A stretch of 64,000 bases of DNA from an uncultured Dehalococcoidia bacterium (GCA_964588665.1 CAZPQQ010000010.1:1054-65053), one strand, 5' to 3'. Positions 1-9,350 are shown, counted from the first letter of the stretch. Translations and numbers: made by a program. The notes: generated by a model from the letters alone, not told the origin.

Positions 1-327
1 GGCGGCATCCTCGAAGCGAAGAAGATCGCGGGGATGGCCGAGGCGCACTACGCTCAGATCGCGCCGCACCTCTACTGCGGACCGGTCGAAGCAGCGGCCA
101 ACATCCAGATCGACACCTGCAGCCCGAACTTCCTGATCCAGGAGAGCATCGAGACCTTCGGCGGGTTCTACTCGGACCTTCTCGAGAAGCCGCTCCTATG
201 GCAGGACGGCTACATCATCCCGCCAACCGAGCCGGGCCTGGGCGTCGTGCTGAACGAAGAAGTGGCGGCCGCCCACCCGTTCGAGGGCGCCGTGTTCTCG
301 CCGAACCAGGACCGCCCACTGGACTGA
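1..327 (+). CDS. enolase-superfamily (mandelate racemase/muconate lactonizing family) dehydratase, C-terminal fragment; 5' end lies outside the window
   Basis: Frame 1 is open from nt 1 (GGILEAKKIAGMAEAHYAQIAPH...) with a stop at 325-327. The AKKIA..AE....APH segment and C-terminal tail are typical of sugar-acid dehydratases of this superfamily. Paralog of 12941-14092. Confidence 0.8.
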   Translation, partial: GGILEAKKIAGMAEAHYAQIAPHLYCGPVEAAANIQIDTCSPNFLIQESIETFGGFYSDLLEKPLLWQDGYIIPPTEPGLGVVLNEEVAAAHPFEGAVFSPNQDRPLD

Positions 328-361
328 TGGAAGCGGCGCGCGAAGCGTTGGAAGGGCCGAT

Positions 362-1147
362 CTATCTCGACGGGCTCGCGATGGTGACGCCTCCGTCCAC
401 GGGCAGAATCACACCGGTGACCCATCTGGCTTCGTCGCTCGCCAGATACACCCCGGCCCAGCCGATGTCCCACGCCGTGCCTTCGACCTGAAGGGGCGAT
501 GCTCGACGCCGGGCGTCGCGGCGCTCCTCGGTCATGTTGACGGCCACCATCGACGTGTAGACAGGGCCCGGCATGATGCAGTTGACTCTGACCAGGTCTT
601 TCGCGTGGTCGATCGCCATGGCCTGCGTGAGGGCGATGACGCCGCCCTTGGACACGCTGTACGCCGTCAGACCCCGCGGTCGCACGGCGGATATCGACGA
701 GACGTTTGTGATCGCTCCGCCGCCGCCCGCGACAATGTGCGGTATCGCGTACTTGCTGGTCAGCATCATGCTCTTGAGATTGACCGCCATCACACGGTCC
801 CAAGTCTCCTCGGTGACCTCGAGCACCGTCCCCGCTCCGCCGATGCCGACGTTGTTGTGCAGAATGTCCAAGCGCCCGTAGCTCGCGACGGCCTGTTCGA
901 CCATCGCCAGGCAAACGGCGGCGTTCGTGACGTCACCAGCGAACACCGACGCGACTCCGCCCTCCGCTGCGATCGCATCCCGCGTCTCGATTGCACGGTC
1001 CTCCACGGTGTCCACGAGCAGCACGCGGGCACCTTCGCGGGCCATCAGAATCGCGGTCGCCTTCCCGTTGCCCATGATCTGCCCCTGGGATCCGGCCCCG
1101 GCAATTATGGCGACCTTCCCTTCCAGACGCGGTTTGCGTTCGACCAT
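362..1147 (-). CDS. SDR-family oxidoreductase
   Basis: N-terminal Rossmann motif GKVAIIAGAGSQG and catalytic YSVSKGG. Start placed at ATG 1147 (MVERKP...), preceded by GGAGGA, rather than the ORF-track start at 1183. Confidence 0.85.
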   Translation of the reverse strand: MVERKPRLEGKVAIIAGAGSQGQIMGNGKATAILMAREGARVLLVDTVEDRAIETRDAIAAEGGVASVFAGDVTNAAVCLAMVEQAVASYGRLDILHNNVGIGGAGTVLEVTEETWDRVMAVNLKSMMLTSKYAIPHIVAGGGGAITNVSSISAVRPRGLTAYSVSKGGVIALTQAMAIDHAKDLVRVNCIMPGPVYTSMVAVNMTEERRDARRRASPLQVEGTAWDIGWAGVYLASDEARWVTGVILPVDGGVTIASPSR

Positions 1148-1358
1148 CGTGTGTCCTCCAGTCAGTCTCGCGATGCCGCCCAAGGCGAGTGCAGGTCAAT
1201 CCTACCCCATCTGATACGATCACGCAGGACCGGCGAAATGTGGACTGGTACGCCCTGCCTATTGGAATCGGAATCGCACAGGCGGCTATAATGGGTGGCG
1301 CAACGGGGCCGAGCCAATGTCGCGAAAGAATCGCCCCAGGCAATAGGCAGAACTGTAG

Positions 1359-3035
1359 ATGACAACAGAATTACGCAACAGCGCCATCGACATCGTCCTC
1401 CAGGGTCTCCGCGAGGCGCAGGCGAACGGCAGCCTGCCCGATGCCGACGTCGACGACGCCGGCATCGAACGGCCAAACAACCCGGAGCACGGAGACCTGT
1501 CCTGCACTCTCCCACTCAAGCTGGCCCGCCCGATGCGAATGAACCCGTTGGCCATCGCCGAGAAGATCGCCGAACACATCCCTTCTGGCGGCGTTTTCGA
1601 GCGAGTGTGGACCGCCAGGCCGGGCTTCATCAACTTCGCGATGGGCGCCGGTTGGCATCAGGAGCAGGTGGCGGCTGTGATCGCCCAGGGCAACCGCTAC
1701 GGGCATGGTGAGGTCGGGGCTGGACGCCGGGTCCAGGTCGAGTTCGTGAGCGTCAACCCGACCGGCCCGCTTCACGTCGGACACGCTCGGGGCGCGGTCA
1801 TCGGCAGCGCGCTGGCCAAGATACTCGACGCCGCGGGGTACGACGTCCAACGCGAATACTACGTCAACGACGCCGGTACGCAGATCAAGATGTTCCACGA
1901 GAGCCTCTACGCTCGGTACCTCCAGCTCCACGGCCAAGATGCGCCAGTGCCGGAGGGCGGATACCAGGGTGAGTACATGTCCGAACTGGCCTCGCAAATC
2001 ACCGACGCGGACGGCGACGCATACCTCGCCATGCAGCCGTCGGAAGCCGTGAACCGGATCGGCGCCGTTGGGGTGGAGCGAATGATAGCCGCCCTCCGCG
2101 AAGACCTGAACCGTCTCAGGGTCGAGTACGATCGGTGGTTCAGCGAGCAGTCCCTCTTCGATTCGGGGCGCTACGCCCAGGCGATGAAGATTATCGAGGA
2201 CGGCGGCCACATCGAGGAGCGGGACGGAGCCGTGTGGTTCGCGTCTTCGGCCCTCGGCGACGATAAAGACAACGTCCTGGTGCGGAGCAACGGCGCGCAC
2301 ACGTACTTCGCCTCAGACATCGCCTACCACCACGAAAAGTTCGATGGCAGGGGCTTCGACCGTGTCGTCAATATCTGGGGCGCCGACCATCAGGGCCACG
2401 TCAACCGGATGAAGACCGCGGTCCGCGCCCTCGGCTTCGATCCGGACAAAATGGATCTGATCATCTATCAGATGGTGAGCTTCAAACGCGGCGACGAGTT
2501 GGTCCGGGCTTCGAAACGCGCCGGGAACATCATCACCATCGACGAGCTCGTGGACGAGGTTGGAGTCGATGCCTGCCGCTTCTTCTTTCTCTCGCGAGCG
2601 GCCGAAACACAGATGGAGTTCGATCTCGAACTCGCGAAACGCGAATCCAGCGACAACCCCGTTTACTATGTCCAATACGCCCATGCGCGGATCGCGGGGA
2701 TTCTGACGAAAGCTAAAGAACAGGGTATAGACCATTCGACCGCCGACCTGTCCCTGCTGACACATGAGGCCGAGCTGGACCTGATCCGGAAGATGACCGT
2801 GTTGCCCGAGCTCGTGCAGATGATGGCCGAGAATCTCGAGCCCCACCACCTGCCCCACTATGCGCAAGAGCTGGCCTCCGCGTTCCACTGGTTCTACCAG
2901 CAGTGCCGGGTGGTGTCCAACGTCGAGGGCGAAGAGGAATTGACCCGGGCACGGCTACAACTGTGCTCAGCAGCCAAGATCGTGCTCGCCAACTGCCTGG
3001 ACCTCATGAGCATGAGCGCCCCAGAGCAGATGTAA
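1359..3035 (+). CDS. argS: arginine--tRNA ligase
   Basis: 558 aa with class-I HIGH motif (NPTGPLHVGHARG). Length and overall layout match ArgRS, and the C-terminus ends in ...PEQM as is typical. Confidence 0.93.
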   Translation: MTTELRNSAIDIVLQGLREAQANGSLPDADVDDAGIERPNNPEHGDLSCTLPLKLARPMRMNPLAIAEKIAEHIPSGGVFERVWTARPGFINFAMGAGWHQEQVAAVIAQGNRYGHGEVGAGRRVQVEFVSVNPTGPLHVGHARGAVIGSALAKILDAAGYDVQREYYVNDAGTQIKMFHESLYARYLQLHGQDAPVPEGGYQGEYMSELASQITDADGDAYLAMQPSEAVNRIGAVGVERMIAALREDLNRLRVEYDRWFSEQSLFDSGRYAQAMKIIEDGGHIEERDGAVWFASSALGDDKDNVLVRSNGAHTYFASDIAYHHEKFDGRGFDRVVNIWGADHQGHVNRMKTAVRALGFDPDKMDLIIYQMVSFKRGDELVRASKRAGNIITIDELVDEVGVDACRFFFLSRAAETQMEFDLELAKRESSDNPVYYVQYAHARIAGILTKAKEQGIDHSTADLSLLTHEAELDLIRKMTVLPELVQMMAENLEPHHLPHYAQELASAFHWFYQQCRVVSNVEGEEELTRARLQLCSAAKIVLANCLDLMSMSAPEQM

Positions 3036-3205
3036 GTCGCATAGCTGTGCTCTGGCCGTTCACGGCCAAGTCGACGAGCGACCAGGGCGCCCTCCCGATC
3101 GTATCGGGACTTCGCTCAGCACCGCGAGGCGCCGCGAGCACAATGTATTAAGTTGATGACCATCAAGCCGGTCCCACGAGAACACCCCAGGAGTGACTAT
3201 CGCAG

Positions 3206-3931
3206 ATGACTCAGCAACCGCTCTCACAGATGCCCAAGCCCCGAGCCGACACTTACGGCAGCGCTCGCAAACTGTTTCTGGTGCCGAACTACGTCTTCCC
3301 GCCCGGAGTGGGGGACGAGGCCGAGACGATGCTTCAACGCTACTGGTCCGAAGTGCGTGACGCTGTGGGAAACCTTGAGCGCACCCTCGGCCAGGTGAAC
3401 CACATCTTCCACGAGATGTTGTACGAGGAAGGCGACGCCGCAGTCCCGCTTATCGAGACCATGAACCCGATGGGGTGTGGATTCATCCAGGCCCTGGCCA
3501 GCTCGAACGCCAATCTCGTGGCGACCGAAGACCTCGAGATGGTCAACGAACACGCCGACTGGCAGCGTATCCTGAACATGGGTCCAACCTCGGAGAAGGT
3601 GATGACCCTGGCGATGGAAGGCTTTCAGTCCACCCTCCAGGCACGATACGAAAAGATCGCCGAGCGCATACAAGAGACGCTAGGCGAGGGTGAGGTCGGC
3701 GTCCTGTTCGTCCGCGAGGATCACCGCGTGCAGTTTGCCGCCGACATCCAGGTCTTCTACGTCGCGCCCCCGGCACTGGACGCGCTCAAACGCTGGATCG
3801 ACGAACAGGTTCGCGCCATGCAAGCCGCGCAAATGGCAGCCGACCCGGACATTCCCTTCTCTGCCGACGATCCCGCGGATGGGGCCCCGGACGAAAGCGC
3901 CGCTGGAGACGAACAATCGGAGAGCGGGTAG
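3206..3931 (+). CDS. hypothetical protein with acidic C-terminal tail
   Basis: 241-aa ORF with AGGAG upstream and codon usage like its neighbours. I recognise no motif. The tail is ...DPADGAPDESAAGDEQSESG. Confidence 0.6.
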   Translation: MTQQPLSQMPKPRADTYGSARKLFLVPNYVFPPGVGDEAETMLQRYWSEVRDAVGNLERTLGQVNHIFHEMLYEEGDAAVPLIETMNPMGCGFIQALASSNANLVATEDLEMVNEHADWQRILNMGPTSEKVMTLAMEGFQSTLQARYEKIAERIQETLGEGEVGVLFVREDHRVQFAADIQVFYVAPPALDALKRWIDEQVRAMQAAQMAADPDIPFSADDPADGAPDESAAGDEQSESG

Positions 3932-4044
3932 CCGCAGGATCCTCGTTGTGTCGTGGCCACCGCCGCCCCGTCATTCGTTGTCGTAGGCCGTACTGGAGGC
4001 TCATGCGATCGGGAAGAAACCCGAACGGGCAACTCCATGACTCG

Positions 4045-5410
4045 TCATGCTTTCTGGCTGTCTCGATGCATGTAGCCCACATGGAATATATAGGCACTCT
4101 GCGTGACAAATGCCTTCCCGCAAATTGGGCATGACGGATCGCCCGATGGATCTGTTGAAATGGGCAACTGGTATTGCACTCTCACCCCAGACCGCGCGTC
4201 ATCAGTGGTCGCCCGCCCATCTTCTCGTCTCGATACCCGTGAGTTCTTGCGTGGGTCGGAAGAGGAGCTCTGGTCGCTGGTTCGCCGAACGTCGCGAGCG
4301 CTAAGCCCGTGGAGCTTGTCGAGTTTCCGGAGTTCTGTTTTGGGGATGAGCCGACGCATATTGGGTAGGCGCAGGTGGGTTTTCGCTATCGATTGACAAT
4401 GGTGACGATTGTCCTGGCACCGCCAGGCCGCGTTCTTACCCCATTTCCCGAATTCGACCGGCGCAGCACAATTGTTGCAAACCACGCTTCCGCCCTGCAA
4501 CGGTGGTCGGTCAATGTCTCGTTGGTAGCAGCCCTCTTCCACGCACCGCCAAAAGAATGGTTTGCCCTTCCCTTCGCTGGCCACAACCTCAGCCCCACAG
4601 ATCGGACATGTAGGCGGCCCATCGTGGTATTCGCCGATCAAGTCATTGAGGCGGAGTGTCCGCGCGAAGTCCTCAACCACTTTCCTGCTCTTTCGTCGCT
4701 CCATTACTTCTTGGGTGTCTCGGAAGCTCAACGGGTTGAGCGATCCAAACCACAGAATTTCGTCGTCCACGAATACCAGTTTTTCGTGCATCCGTCGCTT
4801 ATGTACCACAACGGCGCCCCGCGGTACAATTGCTCCCCAATGGTCCCAATCGTCCGAGTCTTCCCCGTACCTGGCGGTCCCCAGATGAAGGTTGCGTCCT
4901 GACCCAAGCTTGAGGACACAGCTTTGACTTGATCACTGTTCAGTTCCGCGACTTCGACCGGGATTGACTGTCCAGAAACCGGCGACTGACCCAGTATTCG
5001 TGCGCCGACCGGGTTAGATTTGTTGTCATCGCCTCAATTCGGTCGATTAGCTTGCGCAACAGGTAGGTCAAGTTGCTCTGCAACCACGCCGAGGGAACGT
5101 GTGACCCCAGATCGGCCGGAACGCCTAAGACAATTGCCATCCCATCAATCGAGACTACGGTGACCTCAAGGGGTCTCCGGCCGGGGATTTGGAGGTCTCC
5201 AGGGGTGTCCACAGGTAAGTTCAGAGGGCTATCGATGCCGAAAACGTATTGGTAAATACCACCTACGTGAGAAATCCGACGCCCATTGACGAGGGGTACG
5301 GCTGCACTTGAGGCATTGCGCCGGGATGCCTCAATTTCGTATAGCAGAGCCTCGCGCATTTCCGCGAGATCACCGCTGAGTATAATTTCTTGGTCCGCCA
5401 CGCCTTTCAT
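4045..5410 (-). pseudogene. decayed SF1-type helicase / PLD-family nuclease fusion (internal deletion plus two frameshifts)
   Basis: Three minus-strand ORFs in three different frames. 5410-4940 is the N-terminal domain, 4919-4728 carries Walker A FIWGPPGTGKT, and 4809-4045 carries HEKLVFVDD..GSLN (HKD motif), two CPxCG..WRC zinc ribbons and a C2H2 finger. Helicase motifs between Walker A and the HKD motif are absent. The patch looks AT-richer than its flanks. Confidence 0.75.
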
Positions 5411-5604
5411 CCTGTTCCCTTGCATCTGGTTCGTGGGGAAAGTGTACGCCAGGGCAAACGGATTCGTAATTGACGGAAAACGGGCATCGAAGTTGGTCCA
5501 ACCTGAGCGCGCTGCGCGGTGACGCCACCGAAGCTTCTCAGCGCGCGCCGTAGTATCATGGACCCTAGTCAACTATCGACATCCATCGCCTGGAGCACGG
5601 ACAC

Positions 5605-7311
5605 ATGGAGCAACGACAGGGCAATCTCAGAAGTCAAGAATGGTTCGACACTCCCGAGCTGTACGGATGGCTGCGGCGCGCCGCTTTCATGGCCGAAGGG
5701 CACACACATGACGCGTACGAGGGAAAACCGGTCATCGGCATCTGCAATACCTGGAGCGAGCTCACGCACTGCAACTCCCACCTGCGGGGGCTTGCCGAGG
5801 CGGTCAAGCGCGGAGTGTGGCAAGCCGGCGGCTTCCCGATGGAGTTCCCGGTGATGTCGCTGGGCGAGTACAACATGCGGCCCACGACGATGCTATTTCG
5901 CAACCTGATGAGCATGGACGTCGAAGAGTCCATCCGGGCCAACCCGCTTGACGGCGTCATCCTCCTCGGCGGATGCGACAAGACGACCCCTGCCCTGCTG
6001 ATGGGTGCGGCCAGCGCGGACATACCGGCGATTCTTGTGACCGGCGGTCCGCAGCTTAAAGCCAACTGGCGCGGCGAGGAGCTTGGCTCCTGCACTGACT
6101 GCCGGCGCTACGAGACCGAGCTCCGCGCCGGGCGCATCACCGAGGAGGACTGGTCCGAGCTCCAGACCTGCATCATTCGCAGTCCTGGCCACTGCATGGT
6201 GATGGGCACCGCGTCGACGATGGCGTCGGTGGTCGAGGCCATGGGCATCGCTCCGCCCGGCAACGCGGCCATCCCCGCCGTGGATTCGCGCCGCCTGCGG
6301 CTTGCGGAAACGGCAGGCCGCCAGATCCTTCGCCTGATCGAAGACGACATGCGCCCGTCGCGAATCATGACGCGGGAGTCTTTCGAGAACGGCATCCGGA
6401 CGCTGCATGCCATCGGCGGCTCCACCAACGCGATCATCCACCTGATGGCGATTGCAGGCAGGCTCGGGGTCGATCTACCTCTCACGTTGTTCGACGAGCT
6501 CGCGCGGACAACGCCGTTCCTCTTGAATTTGAAGCCGTCGGGCGAGTTCTTGATGGAGGACTTCTACTACGCGGGCGGACTGTCCGCGCTGCTGAAAGAG
6601 ATCGAGCCATTGCTCGACACCAGCCTCCCGACCGTGACCGGAAAGACGTTAGGCGAGAATATTGAAGGCGCGATCAACTACAAACCGGAGCTTCTTCGCT
6701 CGATGGACAACCCGACGGACCCCGAAGGCGGGCTCGCCGTCGTCCGAGGCAACCTTGCGCCCACCGGAGCGATCATCAAGCCCACGGCGGCGTCTCAGAG
6801 CCTCCTGACGCACCAGGGCCGCGCCCTTGTGTTCGAGGACCACGACGACCTGCTGGCCCGCATCGACGACCCAGACCTCGACGTGCGGCCCGAAGACGTG
6901 TTGGTAATGCGAAACGGAGGACCGATAGGCGCGCCCGGGATGCCGGAATGGGGATTCCTGCCGCTGCCGAAGAAGATTCTCGCCACTGGCGTCCGGGACA
7001 TGGTCCGGCTCAGCGACGCGCGCATGAGCGGAACGGCTTTCGGCACGGTCGTCGTACACGTCACCCCGGAATCGGCGGCAGGCGGTCCGCTGGCGGCCGT
7101 CCGCACCGGCGACCAGATCCTGCTCGACGTGCCAAACCGCAAACTTGAACTGCTGGTCGAGGAACGAGAGATACGCCACCGGCTAGTCGGCACGCCCCCG
7201 ATAGCGCCCCGCTACAAGCGCGGCTACGGCTGGATGTATGCCCAACACGCCCAGCAAGCCGATCAGGGATGCGACTTCGACTTCCTCCGCTCGGATTTCA
7301 CCGGCGGGTGA
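5605..7311 (+). CDS. IlvD/Edd-family dehydratase (sugar-acid dehydratase-like)
   Basis: 568 aa with GICNTWSELTHCNSH and LLGGCDKTTPALLMG motifs typical of the family, and GGAG upstream of the ATG. Assignment to the sugar-acid branch rather than the biosynthetic branch is inferred from context. Confidence 0.88.
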   Translation: MEQRQGNLRSQEWFDTPELYGWLRRAAFMAEGHTHDAYEGKPVIGICNTWSELTHCNSHLRGLAEAVKRGVWQAGGFPMEFPVMSLGEYNMRPTTMLFRNLMSMDVEESIRANPLDGVILLGGCDKTTPALLMGAASADIPAILVTGGPQLKANWRGEELGSCTDCRRYETELRAGRITEEDWSELQTCIIRSPGHCMVMGTASTMASVVEAMGIAPPGNAAIPAVDSRRLRLAETAGRQILRLIEDDMRPSRIMTRESFENGIRTLHAIGGSTNAIIHLMAIAGRLGVDLPLTLFDELARTTPFLLNLKPSGEFLMEDFYYAGGLSALLKEIEPLLDTSLPTVTGKTLGENIEGAINYKPELLRSMDNPTDPEGGLAVVRGNLAPTGAIIKPTAASQSLLTHQGRALVFEDHDDLLARIDDPDLDVRPEDVLVMRNGGPIGAPGMPEWGFLPLPKKILATGVRDMVRLSDARMSGTAFGTVVVHVTPESAAGGPLAAVRTGDQILLDVPNRKLELLVEEREIRHRLVGTPPIAPRYKRGYGWMYAQHAQQADQGCDFDFLRSDFTGG

Positions 7312-7473
7312 TGCCAGCACTGTTTTGTGATGCCTGCGGCACGTGGCGAGCGCCTGTAATGGAGTGTGGCATGGATCGTCCGTTGCTGCAATGACTCGTC
7401 AGAGCGGACGTATATTGGGGAGAGACTGGGGCGTTGTTTCGTGTCGGAATCGAGAGTGACCGTACGGGAGTCC

Positions 7474-7609
7474 GTAGGGGAGGGTTTCAAACCCTCCCGC
7501 CTGGTTTCGAGGTAATGACTGGTTGCTGCGGGGGTACAACGTGTTGAATACCATGCGTACACCGGTTACCCATGCAAGGCACGCGGGAGGGTTTGAAACC
7601 CTCCCCTAC
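7474..7609. repeat. REP doublet (REPIN-like), copy 1
   Basis: GTAGGGGAGGGTTTCAAACCCTCCCGC at 7474-7500 and its exact reverse complement at 7583-7609, separated by an 82-nt spacer. Intergenic. Confidence 0.9.
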
Positions 7610-7799
7610 GAGGTTGTCTTGCGATGCCTTCCATTCTGAGAGCCCGGCTTGGGTAGGTTCCGTTGTTAGGCCAAGTCGAATCAACGAAACTGGGCTCCAT
7701 CTTGGCGCCCGATACAGATACCGTTCCCTGGAATCTCAAAGATGGCCCGTCGAGCGATGTCCGAAAACCAGCCGTGATCTCCACCGCTAGGCCGACCCC

Positions 7800-8297
7800 G
7801 TGACTGACGCGAAACAACCCAGCGTTCTGATAAGAGAGGCGAAAGCCGGTGATGTCGCCCGGTTGGCGTCCGCGCTCGGGCCCGAGGTGAGTCGCTGGCA
7901 GATCGCGAATCAGTGGCAGGAACACCTCGACGGCCACCGCGAGCTGCTCGTGGCCGAGATCGATGGGAACTTGGTCGGAACCGTCAGCGTCGGCGGCGCA
8001 CGTCGCGCGCGACCGGGCTCACTGCGATGCTTTGCCCTCGATGTCGGACAGGCGTATCGTCGTCTGGGCATCGGGACTGCCTTGCTGGCAGCCGTCGAAG
8101 ATCGCGCGCGAAGTCACGGCCTATCGACGGTTCACCTGGAGGTCGCCGTTGACAACACCAACGCCATTCGCCTGTACGAACGGCTGGGCTACGAGAGAGA
8201 ACCGGAGTTGATCGTGGATCGTTGGCATCGAATCACCGACGACGGCAATCCCCTGCCGGTTGAAGAGCCATCGTACGAGATGGTGAAGCAGGTGTGA
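7800..8297 (+). CDS. GNAT-family N-acetyltransferase
   Basis: 165 aa with a GTG start. Acetyl-CoA binding motif A (YRRLGIGTALL) and the typical ..RLYERLGY.. C-terminal segment are present. Confidence 0.8.
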   Translation: MTDAKQPSVLIREAKAGDVARLASALGPEVSRWQIANQWQEHLDGHRELLVAEIDGNLVGTVSVGGARRARPGSLRCFALDVGQAYRRLGIGTALLAAVEDRARSHGLSTVHLEVAVDNTNAIRLYERLGYEREPELIVDRWHRITDDGNPLPVEEPSYEMVKQV

Positions 8298-8371
8298 TCG
8301 CTATTCTGTCGGCGGTTGCGCATTCTCGGATTTTCATTCAGCTCCACCGCCGACTCAAATCGTCGCAGACG

Positions 8372-8407
8372 CTCCCTTGAGTCCCTACTGTCCCTTTCGT
8401 CCCTTAC
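8372..8407. repeat. 4 x 9-bp periodic repeat (GTCCCTTNN)
   Basis: Units are ctcccttga gtccctact gtccctttc gtcccttac. It lies between the convergent genes GNAT (7800-8297) and SDR (8445-9293). An inverted counterpart is at 10342-10377. Confidence 0.8.
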
Positions 8408-8444
8408 ACAGGTCGGATATTACGCACCGCTCCGTCAAAGTCGC

Positions 8445-9293
8445 TCACAGTCGATATCTACTCGCCAGCCCCGCCTCGGATAGCCTCGGCGATCCATTGG
8501 AACAACTCCGCCTGGTCCTTCCAACGGAGATCCCCGAGTCGATGACCAGGTCGTGGCCGGTGACGAAACTGCCCTCGTCGCTCGCCAGATACAATGCCCC
8601 GTAAGCGATGTCGTCGGCCAATCCGGACCTTCGGAGCGGCAACCGTTTGTCGAAGTATTTGATCAGAGCGTCAACCGACGCGTCCGCCTCCGAAAGGCTC
8701 ATGCCGAACGCGTTCGCGAAGATGGGCGTTGCGATGCCGCCCGGAGAGATGCTGTTGACGCGGATGCCGAACGACGCCAGTTCCATGGCGACGCACTTTG
8801 TGAGCTGGTTCACGGCTGCTTTGGCGGCGCTGTACGTCGTGCCGCCGAAACCGACTCCGGCCGCCGCGATGCTCGAATCGTTGATGATGCTCCCACTCCG
8901 CTGCTTCTTCATCACTGGGACGACATGCTTGATGCCAAGGAACACGCCCCCGACGAGCACCGAAAATCCCGCCTCGAAATCCGCCAGCGACACGTCTTCG
9001 ATGGCGCCACCCGGCCCGCCCGACCCGGCGTTGTTGAACAGGCAGTCGATCCGTCCAAAGCGCTCGACGGCAGTGTCGATCATCGCCTTGACGTCGGCCT
9101 CAACCGTGACGTCGGTGCGGACGAAGATCGCATTGTCGCCCAGGCGGTCCGACAACGCCTCGCCCTTGTCGACCGAGCGTCCCGCGATGACGACGCTGGC
9201 GCCGTGCTCGACGAACACCTCCACCGTCCCAGCCCCGATGCCGCTCATCCCGCCGGTCACGACCGCGACCTTGCCTTCCATACGTTTCGTCAT
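8445..9293 (-). CDS. SDR-family oxidoreductase
   Basis: Motifs GKVAVVTGGMSGIGAG, NNAG and YSAAKAA. 282 aa. Confidence 0.88.
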   Translation of the reverse strand: MTKRMEGKVAVVTGGMSGIGAGTVEVFVEHGASVVIAGRSVDKGEALSDRLGDNAIFVRTDVTVEADVKAMIDTAVERFGRIDCLFNNAGSGGPGGAIEDVSLADFEAGFSVLVGGVFLGIKHVVPVMKKQRSGSIINDSSIAAAGVGFGGTTYSAAKAAVNQLTKCVAMELASFGIRVNSISPGGIATPIFANAFGMSLSEADASVDALIKYFDKRLPLRRSGLADDIAYGALYLASDEGSFVTGHDLVIDSGISVGRTRRSCSNGSPRLSEAGLASRYRL

Positions 9294-9350
9294 AATTTGA
9301 CGCTCTCCCGTGAAAACCGGTTGCTGTTGCTCGGATTCGGCCTCGTGCGC

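Noticed and set aside
4728-4919. A 63-aa ORF with a P-loop (GPPGTGKT), considered as an independent small ATPase gene.
   Set aside because: Only the first ~30 residues look protein-like and the rest is out-of-frame read-through. It is flanked by the other two fragments of the same decayed helicase-nuclease gene.
7474-7609. The possibility that the regularly recurring 27-mers form a CRISPR array.
   Set aside because: There are only two units per locus, in inverted rather than direct orientation. The units are self-complementary with a GTAG head, and no cas genes are present.
7263-7790. ORFs crossing the REP units (7263-7562 -, 7572-7790 +, 30245-30736 -, 62533-62895 -, 62498-63094 +) that share the peptides EGLKPSPT and GGFQTLP.
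   Set aside because: The shared peptides are simply translations of the palindromic repeat in both orientations. There is no coding signal outside the repeat.
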